A stretch of 64,000 nucleotides of DNA from Perna viridis (lineage: Eukaryota): contig CM074514.1 of the NCBI GenBank assembly GCA_037379345.1, forward strand, positions 25,544,001-25,608,000, read 5' to 3'. Each line of letters starts with the position of its first letter. Position 1 is the stretch's first letter. Made by a program: the position numbers and the translations under genes. This document shows, piece after piece, positions 15,701-29,058 of this stretch. The notes beneath the pieces were generated by a model. It did no database searches. It saw only the letters and a list, made by a program, of their open reading frames with translations, and had not been told where the DNA came from.

Positions 15701-18700
15701 CAAATAAGATAATATGTCTGACTTTAATCTTTCACATATAAGGTTAACTAGACCACTCTTTATACTGTTGTATGATACATCAATCATAAATATAAAGGCT
15801 GGTTCCTTTGGCAGTAAGGAGTTCTATAAGAAATAAAACAATATCATATTTACTTCTAAAGATCATCAATTATTATGGATTAGCAAAATCTCATTGATTT
15901 ATGGTGGGTAAGGATGATTGATGGTTTATAATTTAATTTCATTTAATTGGATAATGAAATTGTGGTTAGGTCACTAACATATTAAAAAAAAGTTTCTCAT
16001 TGAACATTCATGGAGCACTGGTCATGTTCAATATAGAAAAAATGTGCAGAGGTCATGGATGTTCCTGTCAACCCAAAATTTGACATGAATATTAAATATG
16101 AGATCATAAACAATACAATCCATTATATTGATTTGAAAGCAGACAGTTCAAAAATCTCAGACATGATGCAATTTATCAAGCTGAAGCAACATACCAAACT
16201 TATGAAGGGTTGTCAAAATTTATGCCACAGAAAAGTTATAAGACAGGCACACACATAGATAGGGACAGAAGCATAAATTACATGCACATAATTAGATACT
16301 AAAGCTCACAAAGTTTGAAATGCATGTATCAGTGTTGATTTCTGTTATTCATTATATATTCCGTGAAATTCTGGCTACAAATGTTTACATACCTTACAAT
16401 AATCTTTAGTGGCAACAAACTCATAAGAACCTAGGCAGAATTCTGGACGGTCATAAGAATCCACTCTTCTGCCAGTATGGTCCAGATGATTGAAGTATTC
16501 TTGCGGAACTGAAAGATTTAATATGAAAAATTACATTTTTTTCAGAAGCTATGAAAACTTTCAATCAGAAACTTTCCCATTTCAGGTTAAGACATTTTTT
16601 TACAACCATGAAGAGTAATAGTAGTGTAATGTATATATTACATTTAATTCTTTACATTCTGACAAGACAGTATTCCAATGTCAAATGCCTCAGTTAAACA
16701 ACTATAATTGACTATACAGTACTCATTGAAAATAGATCTAGAGGCTATAGAAATTTTAAAAAATACATACAAGTTTGATCATAATCTTTAATTATATGAA
16801 TACAATGTTGAGCAGACAACCTGCATTCTGTGTTGTGGCAAGATCCAAGTAAAGGGCAATATATTATGTACTTGCTTTGGACAATTTAATTCATCATTAG
16901 TACCGGTATTCAGAATAAATGGATGCATGAGGCAAGACTAAACCAGTCTTGGCAAGTAAAAATTTTCAATATTTACCATCAGTTGCAGCCCCACAGAATA
17001 CACACTGGAAGCGTCTTCCACCATCTACAAATGTCATAAATGGCCCCATGTAGGCCTTACATCTTTTACATCGAACAGGACCTATTTCTCCCATGTTGAC
17101 TATTGGAGGAGGGTTCTGTAATTTATATAAGAGTAATTAACTTTGAATAATTTCTGAAGCATTTATATGCATAATTTTCTATTTAAGTACCCAATATATA
17201 ATGCTGTATTACCTTTTTCAGTAACAAAATTTTCAAGAATTTTTGTGTCAACCTGAATTGATTAATTAAGCTTTTTCAAAATGTACTTGAGTCTATAGCT
17301 ATATATAACTTGTTTTAACATAAAGTTATCCTGTTGACATACTGTAAAAAAAAACCTGCTTCATAGGGCACAGATGGATAGAAAAGTAGAAATCACACCT
17401 AGAACAGTTGAGGCAAAAAATTATGGACACACAATTCAAGCTTGATACAGCTCTAAATTTGATTGTGATTAAATACTTGACACAAAATATGAATTTGACA
17501 AAAATTGAAGTGGCCTCTTTTTGGCCCCTAATTCCAGCATTGTTCCAGCCACAACCCCTAAAATCAATCCCAGCCTTTCTATTGGGGTGTGTGGTACAAA
17601 TGCACAGTGATACATCAACTTTTACTCATGATATTTTTGGAACAGCAGGACAATACTTGTTTCTGGACCATTTTTCTTCCTCATCCCTCATTTCTTCAAG
17701 TCATAATCCCCAAAATTAATCCCAGCCTTTCTATTGTGGCATGGCATCTTATGGTATAATTTCATTAAGATTTATTAACTCAAAGTCTATGGACGATGAT
17801 GACAACATGATACCATTAAACAACCACAACTTATCACTTACGACTTTGAAGTCGTATAAAAATATCTTAATCCTTACCTCTTCTTCTTGCAATTTTGCAA
17901 AGGGGCATATAGACAAAGCAAATGGTATGTGGCTACTCTTCATCATATCAGCTGTACAAGGTATATTATACATAGTTGATCTCATGAATGCTGGATTACA
18001 ATTTCCTGCAAAACAAAAATCAACATCATAAAATAGAGTTTGAATCTAGCAAAGGTCCAATGATTTATAGTAAGACTTGTGAAATTAGGTGAAAATGTGT
18101 AGCTACAAGACAGTAATATGTAAAAAAAAATTCACTGCAAAAATCACACAATGTCTAATAAACATATTTAACTTCTATGAAAAATGCAGGGGAATATTCA
18201 TTTCTTTTTTAAAAAATCATACCCTGATCTTGAGTAACAAAGTTTGTTGTCACAAGAGGTGGAACCATGCCTCTTGATGTTGTCTGAAAAGTACCGCTCC
18301 TGTTCAATTTGTCATCTTCAATCACTTGAATCTAAGAAAGATTAAAAAAAAAAGAACTCTTATAGGGTTACAGACTCTGCACAACAACAGGACATACATG
18401 TAAGAAGAGTACACAATTGTTTGCTTAATATTAAAGTGAAAAATATAATAAATTTTGCCCTGCAACATTGTTAAATTTTATTGATCTGTCTTGCAATAAA
18501 CAATTAATTGATTTCTAAGAGACAAAGTAAAATCAATTTTCACACAAAATGTGTATTGTAATGCATCTGTATATCGAGTGAGCTGTTCAGGCAAACAATG
18601 TACACATAGATTTTAAAATTGAGTAACATCTTTTACAAGATACATATATATATAAACCAAATGTTAATCCAAATATGGTAAAGTATATATATTTCAATCA

Positions 18701-21556
18701 CTTCAGACGAAAATGATTATGGCTGTATCAAATGTGCTTTTAAAAAAGCATACGTTAAAAATACTTACTGGACTAGGCATAGAATCTGGGTCTAATTTCT
18801 TGGACTGGGGTTGCTGCATGGCATTGGGTCCAGCCATTCCAGGACCAGACATTCTCTGTTGACCAGGCCCTGGAAACTGTTGTGGAGGAAATCCACCCTG
18901 GCCTGGCATAGAACCTCCCATATAGTTAGGCTGACCCATACCTGGCATCTGCTGCCCACCCATCTGTGGACCACTAAGATTACTGCCAGGCTGCATTCCA
19001 AAGCCACTTGTTGGTGGTCCACTCATATGACTTGTAGATGGCATACCATAACTGCCAGATGGTGGTGCACCCATGCTGCTTGATGGCTGCATTCCATAGC
19101 TGGAGGACGGAGGTCCACCCACGTTACTAGATGGGGGCATACCCATACTGGTTGGTGGCCCACCCATGTTACTTGATGGGGGCATTCCCATACTGTTTGG
19201 TGGTGGTCCACTCATACTATTGCTAGGAGGCATTCCCACTCCACTTGGAGGACCAGTCATGCTCTTCACAGGAGCCATACCAAATGTACCTGGACCTCCC
19301 ATATTACTTGTTGGTGGCATACCATAGTTGCTTGTAGGGGGTGCATTAGGTGGCTGTCCATATTCAATTGTAGAGCTTGGCTGTCCCATCATTGGGGGTT
19401 TTGATGGAGGTCCACTTAACTGACCAGTTGGAGGACCCTGCTGGTTGAAGAAATAAAAATGTATTCAATATTTCTTTTCATAATGAATAATGCTTGCCAT
19501 TTTGAATCTTGGTCAAAATTCTTATACTGTATCTTAATTGTATAAACCATCTGTACTGTGTTTCTGTACATGATTATGGTAGGTGTGTATTAAATATAAT
19601 CTACATCATATAGACAAGACTGATTTTCAAAAATTGTATTGTTCATTTCATTTAGCTCATGGTAAAATATGTTACATAGAACTTACTGGAGGGCTGGGTC
19701 CACCCAAGTTCATACCTCCCATCTGATTGGATAACTGAAAAGAGAACAAAAGATAAGGCAATGGTAACATACATGTACATTTGTAACTTTTATTAAATAG
19801 GATGTTTAGATTAGAATTTCAGTGTTTCTTATCATCCAGTCTAGAAGAATTCAGTTAAATCATGTTGCTTGGATATACAAAAACAGGTAAGAAAACATTT
19901 TACAAGGGGTGTCATAATGAGCTGCAATACTTGAAGTTGAGTTCATAAGAACAAAATTATCATTATATTGCACATAGCAATACATTATACCTGCTGACTA
20001 CTTAACAATTACTAATATATTAAAAGTATAGAAAAGTGTTAATTCCATGAAATTTACTATCAGTGACTAGACCCATAATTCTGTCAAAAATTAAAGAAGC
20101 AAATGTAAAGTGGATTCTGTAAACCCATGAGGATACACTCGCATAAAAAAATAGCTCAAAAATGTTTCTAAGAGTTAAAAAAAAAATGAACACTAAGCTA
20201 TAGTCTCCATCGGTGAATGCTGAAGCCAGTGGGACTTTTAACTTAAAGGTAACATAAACAATGCACAAGACGAGGTTTTTTATTCATTCCGGAGACTAAT
20301 GGATAAGATATGGAAATATAAAAGTGTAGTAGCAAATACCTGACTGGCAGATGTTGGTGGTTGACCTGGGGCTGGCGGGAAACCTGGTCTTTGAGGAGGA
20401 CCTCCCATGTTTGGTTGCGATGATGGTGGAAATCCTGGTCTCTGGTTTGGCATACTTTGTCCTCCTGGTGGCATTCCTGCTACTCCTGATGGCTGAGAAG
20501 GAAAACCAGGCCGTTGCTGTGGATGACCAGCAGGGCCACCATGAGGGGTTCCTGGTCTTTGTAGAGTCTGACCTGACATATTAGGTATTCCAACTGGTGG
20601 TCTGGCTCCCATATTAGGTGGTGTGGCTCTGTAATACAGGATTGTACAGAAAATTACATAAATGTTTTTATATAAATTCCTATTTAACAGGTGAATACCT
20701 TTCAAGCACATCAGTGATACTTTGTATTTGTAAATATGGTTAGAAAAAATAACTTTTAATGTCTTATTTATGAGAAGAATCTTAAGTTCCATTTACTAAA
20801 TGATCGGTCCAATCTGACAAAACACGTAGTTTCCTTAAAAATTTAAAATATTCTGGTTTTCATCCATCTGATCATACTATAATGTGTACTTAACTGTGGA
20901 GCCTGTAATGTTTTGCTGAGCGAAATAGGGCCTTTATAAAACAAAAAATGTTACAAATATATGCATCTTTGTCCATATAATTTCTGAAGTCCATAGTATT
21001 GATTTACTTTTATAAGTAAATGTATCCATTCAAAAAGACAATGCAATACCTGTTAACTCCATAATTAAAATCCCCCTGCGGTCCACCAATTACTTGTCCA
21101 GGTTGTGGTCCATTTTGCATTGGAGGTGCACCTCCTATGAATTTCTGAGGTCCTGTCCCATATTGACCTTTAATTTAGAAAAGATTAATCATATTTAAAT
21201 AAAATTTGTGCAAAACCAAGCTACAGAGTTTACTATAACCAGAGATTGGTGCATATTTGTTTACCTTGATGTTATGCTGTACTACAATCTACATGTATGA
21301 TTTAAAACGGAAATGTTTCTTTGTATAACTTGATATATTACATTAAAAAAGCCATTTATAGTTTTTACACTTTTTAACAAACATGGGCCATCTTGACTAC
21401 TTGATAATACATACTTGGTCCTGGCTGGACTTGTTGATTTGGACCATTATACATGTTAGGAGGGGGACCTTGAGGTCTTTGACCAGGACCAGCTGGTGGT
21501 TGTCCAAAACCTGTAGGAGGCATCTGACCTTGACTTCCTGGAAACTGGGGATTCAT
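6736..21556 (-). CDS. SEC24C: COPII coat subunit SEC24C/D, 22 coding exons, about 1188 aa
   Basis: Exons traced by GT-AG sites and phase: 21415-21556, 21050-21167, 20340-20628, 19687-19734, 18769-19440, 18223-18331, 17878-18005, 16977-17115, 16393-16508, 15696-15823, 14240-14318, 13621-13733, 13056-13266, 12368-12538, 11293-11535, 10740-10878, 10077-10271, 9114-9217, 8476-8563, 7852-7955, 7257-7346, 6736-6876 (total 3567 nt). Pro/Gly-rich N-terminus, LDPDSMPSP, Zn finger RCKRCKAYM...FQCVFC, trunk domain [25 protein letters not shown]-terminus [18 protein letters not shown]. Confidence 0.95.
7585..7855. repeat. About three diverged ~100-bp tandem units in a SEC24C intron
   Basis: Unit core actgacagagatg-tgttataata...aactaaaatattctatcccataacat...taaaatctaacctt recurs near 7585, 7683 and 7778. 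Confidence 0.75.
12086..12314. repeat. Three near-identical 75-76-bp tandem units (intronic)
   Basis: aattcaaacttcaatgcctaccacctacagcttaaaaatatccctt... starts at 12086, 12161 and 12237. Confidence 0.9.
14851..15664. mobile_element. Non-autonomous DNA transposon (MITE) with 21-bp TIRs, intronic
   Basis: CAGTTCTCTGTAAGCATCAAA at 14851 and its exact reverse complement ending at 15664. No clear TSD. Confidence 0.7.
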
Positions 21557-22329
21557 TGTTTCATTTTATGCTACAAAATATCATAAATAGATTACAATGA
21601 CGGTTATATTAAAAGTCTCTAGTTTGACGCTAGTCAAGTAAAAATCTGACATTGTGATACGAATGGCAAGATTTATTTGATGAAGTACAAATAAGAAAAT
21701 TGATTAACTAACTAAGTATAATACAAAATCAGTGATCACATGTCAAACAGATAAAAGTTAGTGAGAGCCATGATTTGTACCATGTTCATGACCATTAACA
21801 AAACATTCCCATATAGCAAACTGTATTTAAATCCATCGAACCTCATTAAAAAAATGTATTTCTGCACGAGCAGCTGACAACATATGTATACTTCTACCCA
21901 TCAAAAATTCACACAACATGTCAACAAAATAGCATCTGTATCCACAATGCACATCACCCACATGGCATGGTTAGCTTGACAGAAATACAAATATCCTTAC
22001 AACAAATTAACGAAATCTGTTTGGTATGATAACTGATTCTTTGGTTTAAATTCATTTAAGTTCTAACTCAAAGTATTCAACTAATTAGCCAACGTTAAAG
22101 TATACTTCGTCGTTCATCCATGTATCTGTCATTTAACTGAATGACAGCAAAATAATGACATTTACCAAGCCGGTTAAGTGGAAAGGTGAAATTTCAATGA
22201 TTAACAAACTTACCAGTGTAGTAAATATTTTCGTTATATTTGATTTTAGTAAGTGACTAAAACTATATACAGTATAACACAACAAAATCTTTACAGAAAA
22301 TATAGAAACACGTATCAAAATACACAAAT

Positions 22330-22445
22330 TCACTGCCACGTACAGATGAAGCACTTCCGGAATTTGCGCATGCTTAGTCCTGCCACGTAACGGGAAGAAG
22401 TGCATGTTGGGATTGTAAACATTGAAAAACGGAAGTAGCACGTTG
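22330..22445. promoter_or_regulatory. Probable bidirectional promoter of SEC24C and the fucosyltransferase
   Basis: CpG-containing patch between divergent genes: TGCCACGT at 22334 and 22381, ETS-type CACTTCCGG at 22352 and CGGAAGT at 22430, NRF1-like TGCGCATGC at 22365. Confidence 0.6.
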
Positions 22446-22505
22446 CTTGTTTACTTTTTTGAACAGTGTCAGGGGTAGTGAGTAACAGAGGGAATGTCAT
22501 AACAA

Positions 22506-25500
22506 ATGTGTAGAATTTTACGAATGTCCCGAATGAGCTTGTGTGTTATTTTCAGCATTGTCGCCTTTACTTTTATTTATTTCATGTTTCCCAATCAAGT
22601 TTTTGCAGGACAGCAACCTACTTTGTTATGGTGGACCAAAGAAATATTTCCACATGTAGGGGACGGAAAGGTATTAATTAATTGTGGTAACGTGCAGTGT
22701 TATTCAACAAAAGACCGAGAAAATCTTCATGCTGAAGATACAAGAGGTATAATGTTCTATGGAACAGGAATAAACCCAACAGATTTACCTTTGCCTAGAT
22801 CTCCTCAGCATGAATGGTGTTTGTTCCACGAGGAATCCCCTTTAAACAATTATATTTTATCTCATGAAACTTTCATAAGACTTTTCAATCATACAGCTAC
22901 TTTCAAACGAGAATCTGACTATCCTATTACAACCCAAGACATATATGCATTAGATTATCTGATTGACAGAAAACCAATTGGTATCAAAGAAAAAAATTTG
23001 AAGCGCAACATTGATGACTTTGCTCCATTATTGTATGCACAGTCTCATGATGATGTGCCCTCATTTCGTGATATGTATGTCAAAGAGCTAATGAAATACA
23101 TAGATGTTGATTCCTATGGTAAGTGCTTGCACAATAAAGATCTTCCAGAAAGTTTAACAAATGCTGCAGAGTCTTTTCAAAAGGATCAATTTCTTGATTT
23201 TATAGCAAATTACAAATTCCATTTATCCTTTGAAAATGCAGTCTGTGATGACTATATGACAGAAAAGCTAATGAGACCACTTCATGTAGGATCAGTGCCA
23301 ATATATTATGGATCACCTAAAGCCAAAGATTGGATGCCAACCAACCAATCTGTTATAATGGTCAGGGATTTTAAAAGTCCAAAAGAACTAGCTGAGTATA
23401 TAAAATATCTTGATAATAATGATGAAGAGTACTTAAAGTTTTTAGAATTTAAAAAACCAAACGGCATTACAAATTCTTTGCTTATAGACACAGTGAATAA
23501 TAGGGATTGGGGATCACATGATCATAAATACTATATTTATAATACTGAAAATAAAAAGGACTATTATCAAGGATTTGAATGTCATGTATGTAATGAGATT
23601 CACAAAAGAATCAAAGCTGAAGACCAGCATACTGCAAATCCATCTACGCCAATGCCTAAACCAAAAATGGCTAACAACACTCACCTTGGATGTCCAAAAC
23701 CATTCTCTCCTTTGGAAGACCACAGATTGTAAGTACTGGCCCTATACCTACTGGTAGTTAAACTGTCATAATGAAAAGTTTGTATTGTAAGACATTTAGC
23801 TAGACATCCTATCAGTTCTTTTTGATTTTACTCAATTAAGTATTATTCCTGGAATGGAAAATTTTTGCTTCACAGTAGGTTTGTTTGTTTTTTGTATTTT
23901 ATCACTCAAACAGGCCTTTAACAAACTCAGTTTGTAGTCATCAAATGGACTGGTAAAACAGTATGCTGTTTATTGGTCATTATGCAGGTCATGTTTTATT
24001 GTACTCCAAGCTTTGCTTGATGTTGCCTTGCAAGCTATTGTCTGACTTGGTGTCATCTTTGCAGTATGGATATTGCCAAAAAATGATAACGAAGCATCTG
24101 TAATGGGACAAATCAAATACGTATAAATCCGAGTGCATGGTCTGAACGTGATGGTAGGACACAAAGACGATCTACACACACAATGTAGCGAATCGAATAA
24201 CATGGACTGTATAATGATTGAAGAGACTTAACATTAAAAAAACAACAGTGCTAGCAATGTGAACTCCCACAACAAAAACAAAAATAAAAAAAACGAGAGT
24301 GACATCAGGTGCTCTAGAAGGGTGAGCAAGTCATACTCCGCCAAAGGCACCCCTCATATTGCAAGTCGGTCAGTATAAATCGGTAGTAGTCTAGCAACAA
24401 GAGCGTGACTCCCCCGACACGAGTCACAAAGGGGTCCAATCAAAAACAACTCACACTTAAGCGAGATCATTCAATTCAACAAGGGTTCATGTTGTAAATA
24501 AAGTAAATGATAATTCCACTTGTGTATGTATACTTTCCCGATCATTTGAACTTGATATATCGCAAAACTGACAGTGTCAAAATTCACTTGACGATATGAA
24601 ATGTATCGCTGTGTAATTTTAATGCCCTCACATGTAGGTTGTGTGATTAGAAAATGTAATTGGGAAATTCAGTAGTGAATCATATGACCTAGCTGCTTTG
24701 ACTTGCTCCAATACAATTTGTCAAAGGAGCTATATCATTGCAGCTAGTAAGAGTCGAATTCAGTAGGTTGTCAATCCGCTAAGATGTGGAATCTTGTCTC
24801 ATCTGTGAGATAGAAAACTTCATATCAGTCAATCAAATTGTGATGACGACTGTAAAACTTCTATGGTGATGACATTAACAAAGGCTGGTTTGCAAGAGAA
24901 GTTTTTATTTGTTAGTATCTGTGCTCTTCATAGAAAGTCCGTGCAGTGATCACAGACTCGGCAGTAAAGGACCAGCTTTGAAAAATATATAACACATGCT
25001 GGAGATGTTGGTATATTGCCATAAAGAAAGGGAAAGTTTACAACTGGGAAGTCAAAATTATCACGTTTGTCATAAAATATCGATTTCAAACGTTCTGCGT
25101 GAAGGAATAGAATTCCAACCTCCCTCGTTGTAGGAGTTGTTTACAGAGAAATACATTACATGCGTGTAAAAAATTCTTACGAGTTTTACTATTTATCAGA
25201 TTAAATTAAGTTTGTACAATTATTTCTAAATTGCAGTCAGAGTGCTATTTTGACAGTCTCGATTCTGGAGTCAAATGGATATTCTTGCCATACTGTCTGT
25301 CGTAAATGTGATTTTTATAGGACCGGAAAACTTGCGGTCATATAATGATATGGCGCTGCGTCGTCCGTAGACACTTGGTTTTCTTGCGATTACTTTAGTT
25401 GGGGTTTGCCAATTGTTATGAAGTTTGATATGATTTTACTAACTTCTAAAGGACGGTTCCTTGTTTATTTGGAGTTTGTGTCCCTTTACCGTTTTAGTAG

Positions 25501-28500
25501 AAGGGGTCAAAAAGAGTAAAATTAAATGTTTCCTTAAAACCCATGTAGAATGTTTATTTTATTCCGATTTTGATAAATCCTTTTTAATTAGCTCACGAAG
25601 GCCATGTGAGCTATTGCCATCACTTGGCGTCCGTCGTCGTCATTAACAATTTTTCAAAATTCTTCTCCTCTGAAACTACTGGACTAATCATAACCAAGCT
25701 TATTATGTTTGTTCCTTGGGGTGTCTTGCATAGAACTGATGTGGGAAAATTTGATCCGTCGAAAAACGTGGCCGCCGTTACTAAAAATAGAACAAAGGGG
25801 TCAGACAGTAGTTTTTCACATATATCTCCAAAACTGTTTTTTTTTTTTTTTACAGTTTTCAGCCAATGTCTAGAAAACTATGATAGGTTTACACTTTCAT
25901 TTGCTGAAATGATCCTTATGATAAGTCCTATCAAAGTTTTCTTAAGTCAAAATTGTTTGACAACTTCTTGTTTAATTTATTGCCCTTGAAAGACAAAATT
26001 CAACCAGGTGATGTGTTCCTTATCTAATTCTGAAAAAAAACCAGATTATCAGCAAATTTGGTGCGTTTTGGACTGTTTTCGAGTTATAAGGTTTAAAGGG
26101 GCCACAACCCAGAAAAATCGACTTTTTAGCTCACTTTGCCCAAAAGGCCATGTGAACTTTTGTCATCACTTCGGGTCCGTCGTCGTTACCGATTTTGCAA
26201 AACTCTTCTCCTCTGAAACTACTGAACTAATCAGAACCAAACTTGGTATGAATTTTCCTTAGGTTATCTTGCATAGAACTGATGTGGGGACTTTTGATCC
26301 GTCGAAAAAAAAAGACCGCAGTTACTAAAAATAGAACACGGGGCCAGACAGAAGTTTTCAGATATACCCCTAAAACCGTTATGATTAGCCAAATTCTGTC
26401 TGAATTAAAGTGTTCAGCTATTTCTCTGGTCAAGTTTTCGTTTTATTCCGTAAAGCCATGTTGGAGTCATTGCCCTTTTCGACGATTTTTTCCTGTTTTC
26501 AATGTTATTTCTTTCAAAAATATTCTCCTCTGATATTACTCGACCAGTTGGAACCAAATTTGGTATGAATGTTCCATAGAGTATTCTTTATATAACTGAT
26601 ATGGAAAATTTTGATCCATGTCGAAAAACATGGCCGTCTTTACTAAAAATAGAACAAAGAGATCAGAAGTTTTTCGCATATATCTACTAAACCATTATTT
26701 TTACCAAATTCTGACTTGGGTTAAAGTGCATATTCAGCATTATGAGATCTATCTCTGGTCAAAATTTCGTTTTATTTTATTAAGGCATGTTGGAGTCATT
26801 GTCCTTTTTCGACGTTTTTTCCCTATTTTCAATGTTTTTTTTTTGTTTTTTTTTCAAAAAATCTTGTCCTATGAAACTACCTGACCAATTAGAACTTAAC
26901 TTGGTATGACTATTTTTATAGGATCTTCTTCATAGATCTGATGTAAGGATTTTTTTTATCCGTCGAGAGAGTAATCAAAGGTACCAAGGTTATAGCGGTA
27001 ATCCAAAGAATAATCCAGGGACAAGGACCAGACATGGAAAACAGACATACACAACAAAGAACATAAAGTAACTAAAATCATACATACAAAGTAACAAAAG
27101 CAAATGAGCAACTCGGGCTCCACTCAAAACTGGGAGCATAGACCAGGTGCACCGGTAGGGTAAGCGTCCTCTGCTTTTCTAGAAACACCCACCGATTTGC
27201 TCATAAAAAGTCAAGTCCGGGGTAGACGAAAGAGGAAAGGAAAATCATGACGCGCTGAACAGATCAGTTTTCATGGCGCAGATGGATACACCGTAGCGAT
27301 CCACGAGTTCATGCTGACGACCATAAAACTTCTATAGTGATGACTTCATTCTTGTAGCAACATAATCCTGTTCCAGAAGCCTATTTGTTAGAATTCTAGC
27401 AAAAAAGTCTGCGTAGTTTCGGCAAGCTCTGGCTTAACGTATGAGCTGTGATATGAACACTCCATACGCAGGTGCTGACGGGATGTTGCCACAGATGAAA
27501 GGAAAGTTGACAATTCTGAATGGAAAGTCATTACGTTTGTCGTAAAGTTTGGTCAATAGTTTTCCTTTACCATCGGCTTCTAAATGTAGGTCAAGATATG
27601 AGGTTCACCTCACAGTGTCTGTAGTATCCTTTATCTCAAGTTCTTTGGGGTAGATGCGATATATCAAATCCCCGAATTGGGATTGTTTAAAGATAATATG
27701 TCATCTATATAGCGGAAACTGAGATTAAAAGATCTAGCTAAACGATATTTTTTCTTTCGAATCAGATCAGCCATAAAGTCAGCCTCATAAGAATGGAGGA
27801 ATAGGTCAGCAAGTAGAGGAGCACAATTTGTTCCCATTGGAATGTCGACCGTTTGTTAAAAATTCGGCCACCACACTGGACAAATATATTGTCGATTAAA
27901 AATTCCAGCATTTTGTAAACATCATCTTCTGTATATTTGGAAGATGATTTGGAATTATTTTTCACAAAGTATGAAGAATCTCTACCAAGAACTATATATT
28001 TGTATCTAGGTGTACCATCTTTTAAAAAAAAAACAACGACGTATAATGAACATAGGGGTCAGTCAGAAGTTTTTCTTATATATCATAAAACCGTTTAGCC
28101 AAATTCTTTGAAATGCTGAAATATGCTTTATATTATAAGGTCTACAAAAGTGCATTGGATCAAAGTTGTCGGACGACTCCTTGTTACCGTTATTGTTCTT
28201 GAAATGTAATTTTTTTTTACAGTTTTCAGCTAATATCTTGAAAACTTTGATGGATATAGAAATATAACTTTCAGTTAGTGAAATGATCCTCATGGTAACG
28301 CTTACAAAAGTCTGCCTGGGATCAAAGTTGCCAGAGGACTCCTGATTATCCCTTGAAAGGCGAAAAATGTTTTAGCAGTTTTCAGCCAATATCCTGAAAA
28401 GTGTGATGTATAGAAAGAACCTTTCAGTTGTTGAAATGATTCTTATGAATTTAAAATGTCGGACAACTTTTTGTTAGAGTTATTGCCCTTGAAAGGCATA

Positions 28501-29058
28501 ACTTTAACCAGGTAAGCGATTCAGGCTCTAGGGAGCCTCTTGTCAATTTGGTCTGGGTTTGATAATTTTATTTGAATTTTGCGCAAAACAGTGTTCATAT
28601 GAATTGTTAGTCCCTATATATGCTTAAGTGTGTCAAAACTAATATTGTGTTCACACATGCCCCAACTTTTCGGGGTTCGACCACTGCGAAAATTTTTACG
28701 TTCATTAAAGTTAATTTTGTTTAAAATTCGTGCTCTTTTAAGCTCACGTTCATCAAAGTTAAGAATTTGTCATTCCCTGTCCCATATGGTGCGTAAACGC
28801 TAGTTTTTGTTTTTATTAAAATTTGTTGCATTGTATTTCTCTATAAGATTTATTTTACAACTGATATGATCAATGATCAATTTATGTTCTTTTTTTAGGC
28901 CTCAGACTCATTGGGAATTTACATATGAAGACACAAAAACAGTTGCTGAGGCGGTAGTTGAAATGTTGAAACAAGGAGAAAAAGATCCATCATTGATAAA
29001 TATGTACTATAGAAGTATATTGAAAGAAAAAAAACCTCATGATGCTAGTGAACTCTGA
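22506..29058 (+). CDS. FUT11: FUT10/FUT11-type GT10 fucosyltransferase, two exons (22506-23728, 28899-29058), about 460 aa
   Basis: N-terminal TM segment, LLWWT, DLPLPRSPQHEWCLFHEESPLNN, FNHTATF, and the alpha-1,3-FucT motif YKFHLSFENAVCDDYMTEKLMRPLHVGSVPIYYG. Donor TT|gtaagt at 23729 joins in phase to ttttag|G at 28899. FUT10 versus FUT11 is not resolvable in an invertebrate; the symbol follows linkage to SEC24C. Confidence 0.9.
24230..25140 (-). mobile_element. Old, degenerate Penelope-like retroelement fragment
   Basis: Minus strand retains a decayed YDKRDNFDFPVVNFPF motif (about 25030-25075) and parallels the better copy at 26967-28040. Confidence 0.65.
25310..28690 (+). mobile_element. 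Nested cluster of Helitron/Helentron-associated non-autonomous repeats in the FUT intron
   Basis: Family A copies begin ttagctcac...ggccatgtga...gtccgtcgtcgt (25587, 26126); the second ends caggtaagcgattcaggctctagggagcctcttgt (about 28543). They interrupt a family B element whose pieces (25310-25585, 26009-26125, 28544-28690) match the copy at 57170-57775. Confidence 0.65.
26967..28040 (-). mobile_element. Penelope-like retroelement 3' fragment with frameshifted reverse transcriptase
   Basis: Minus strand reads MLEFLIDNIFVQCGG, IPMGTNCAPLLADLFLHSYEADF, SYLDL, KLYDKRNDFPFRIVNFPFICGNIPSAPAYGVFISQLIR. Its 3' non-coding end recurs at 51435-51715. Confidence 0.85.
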
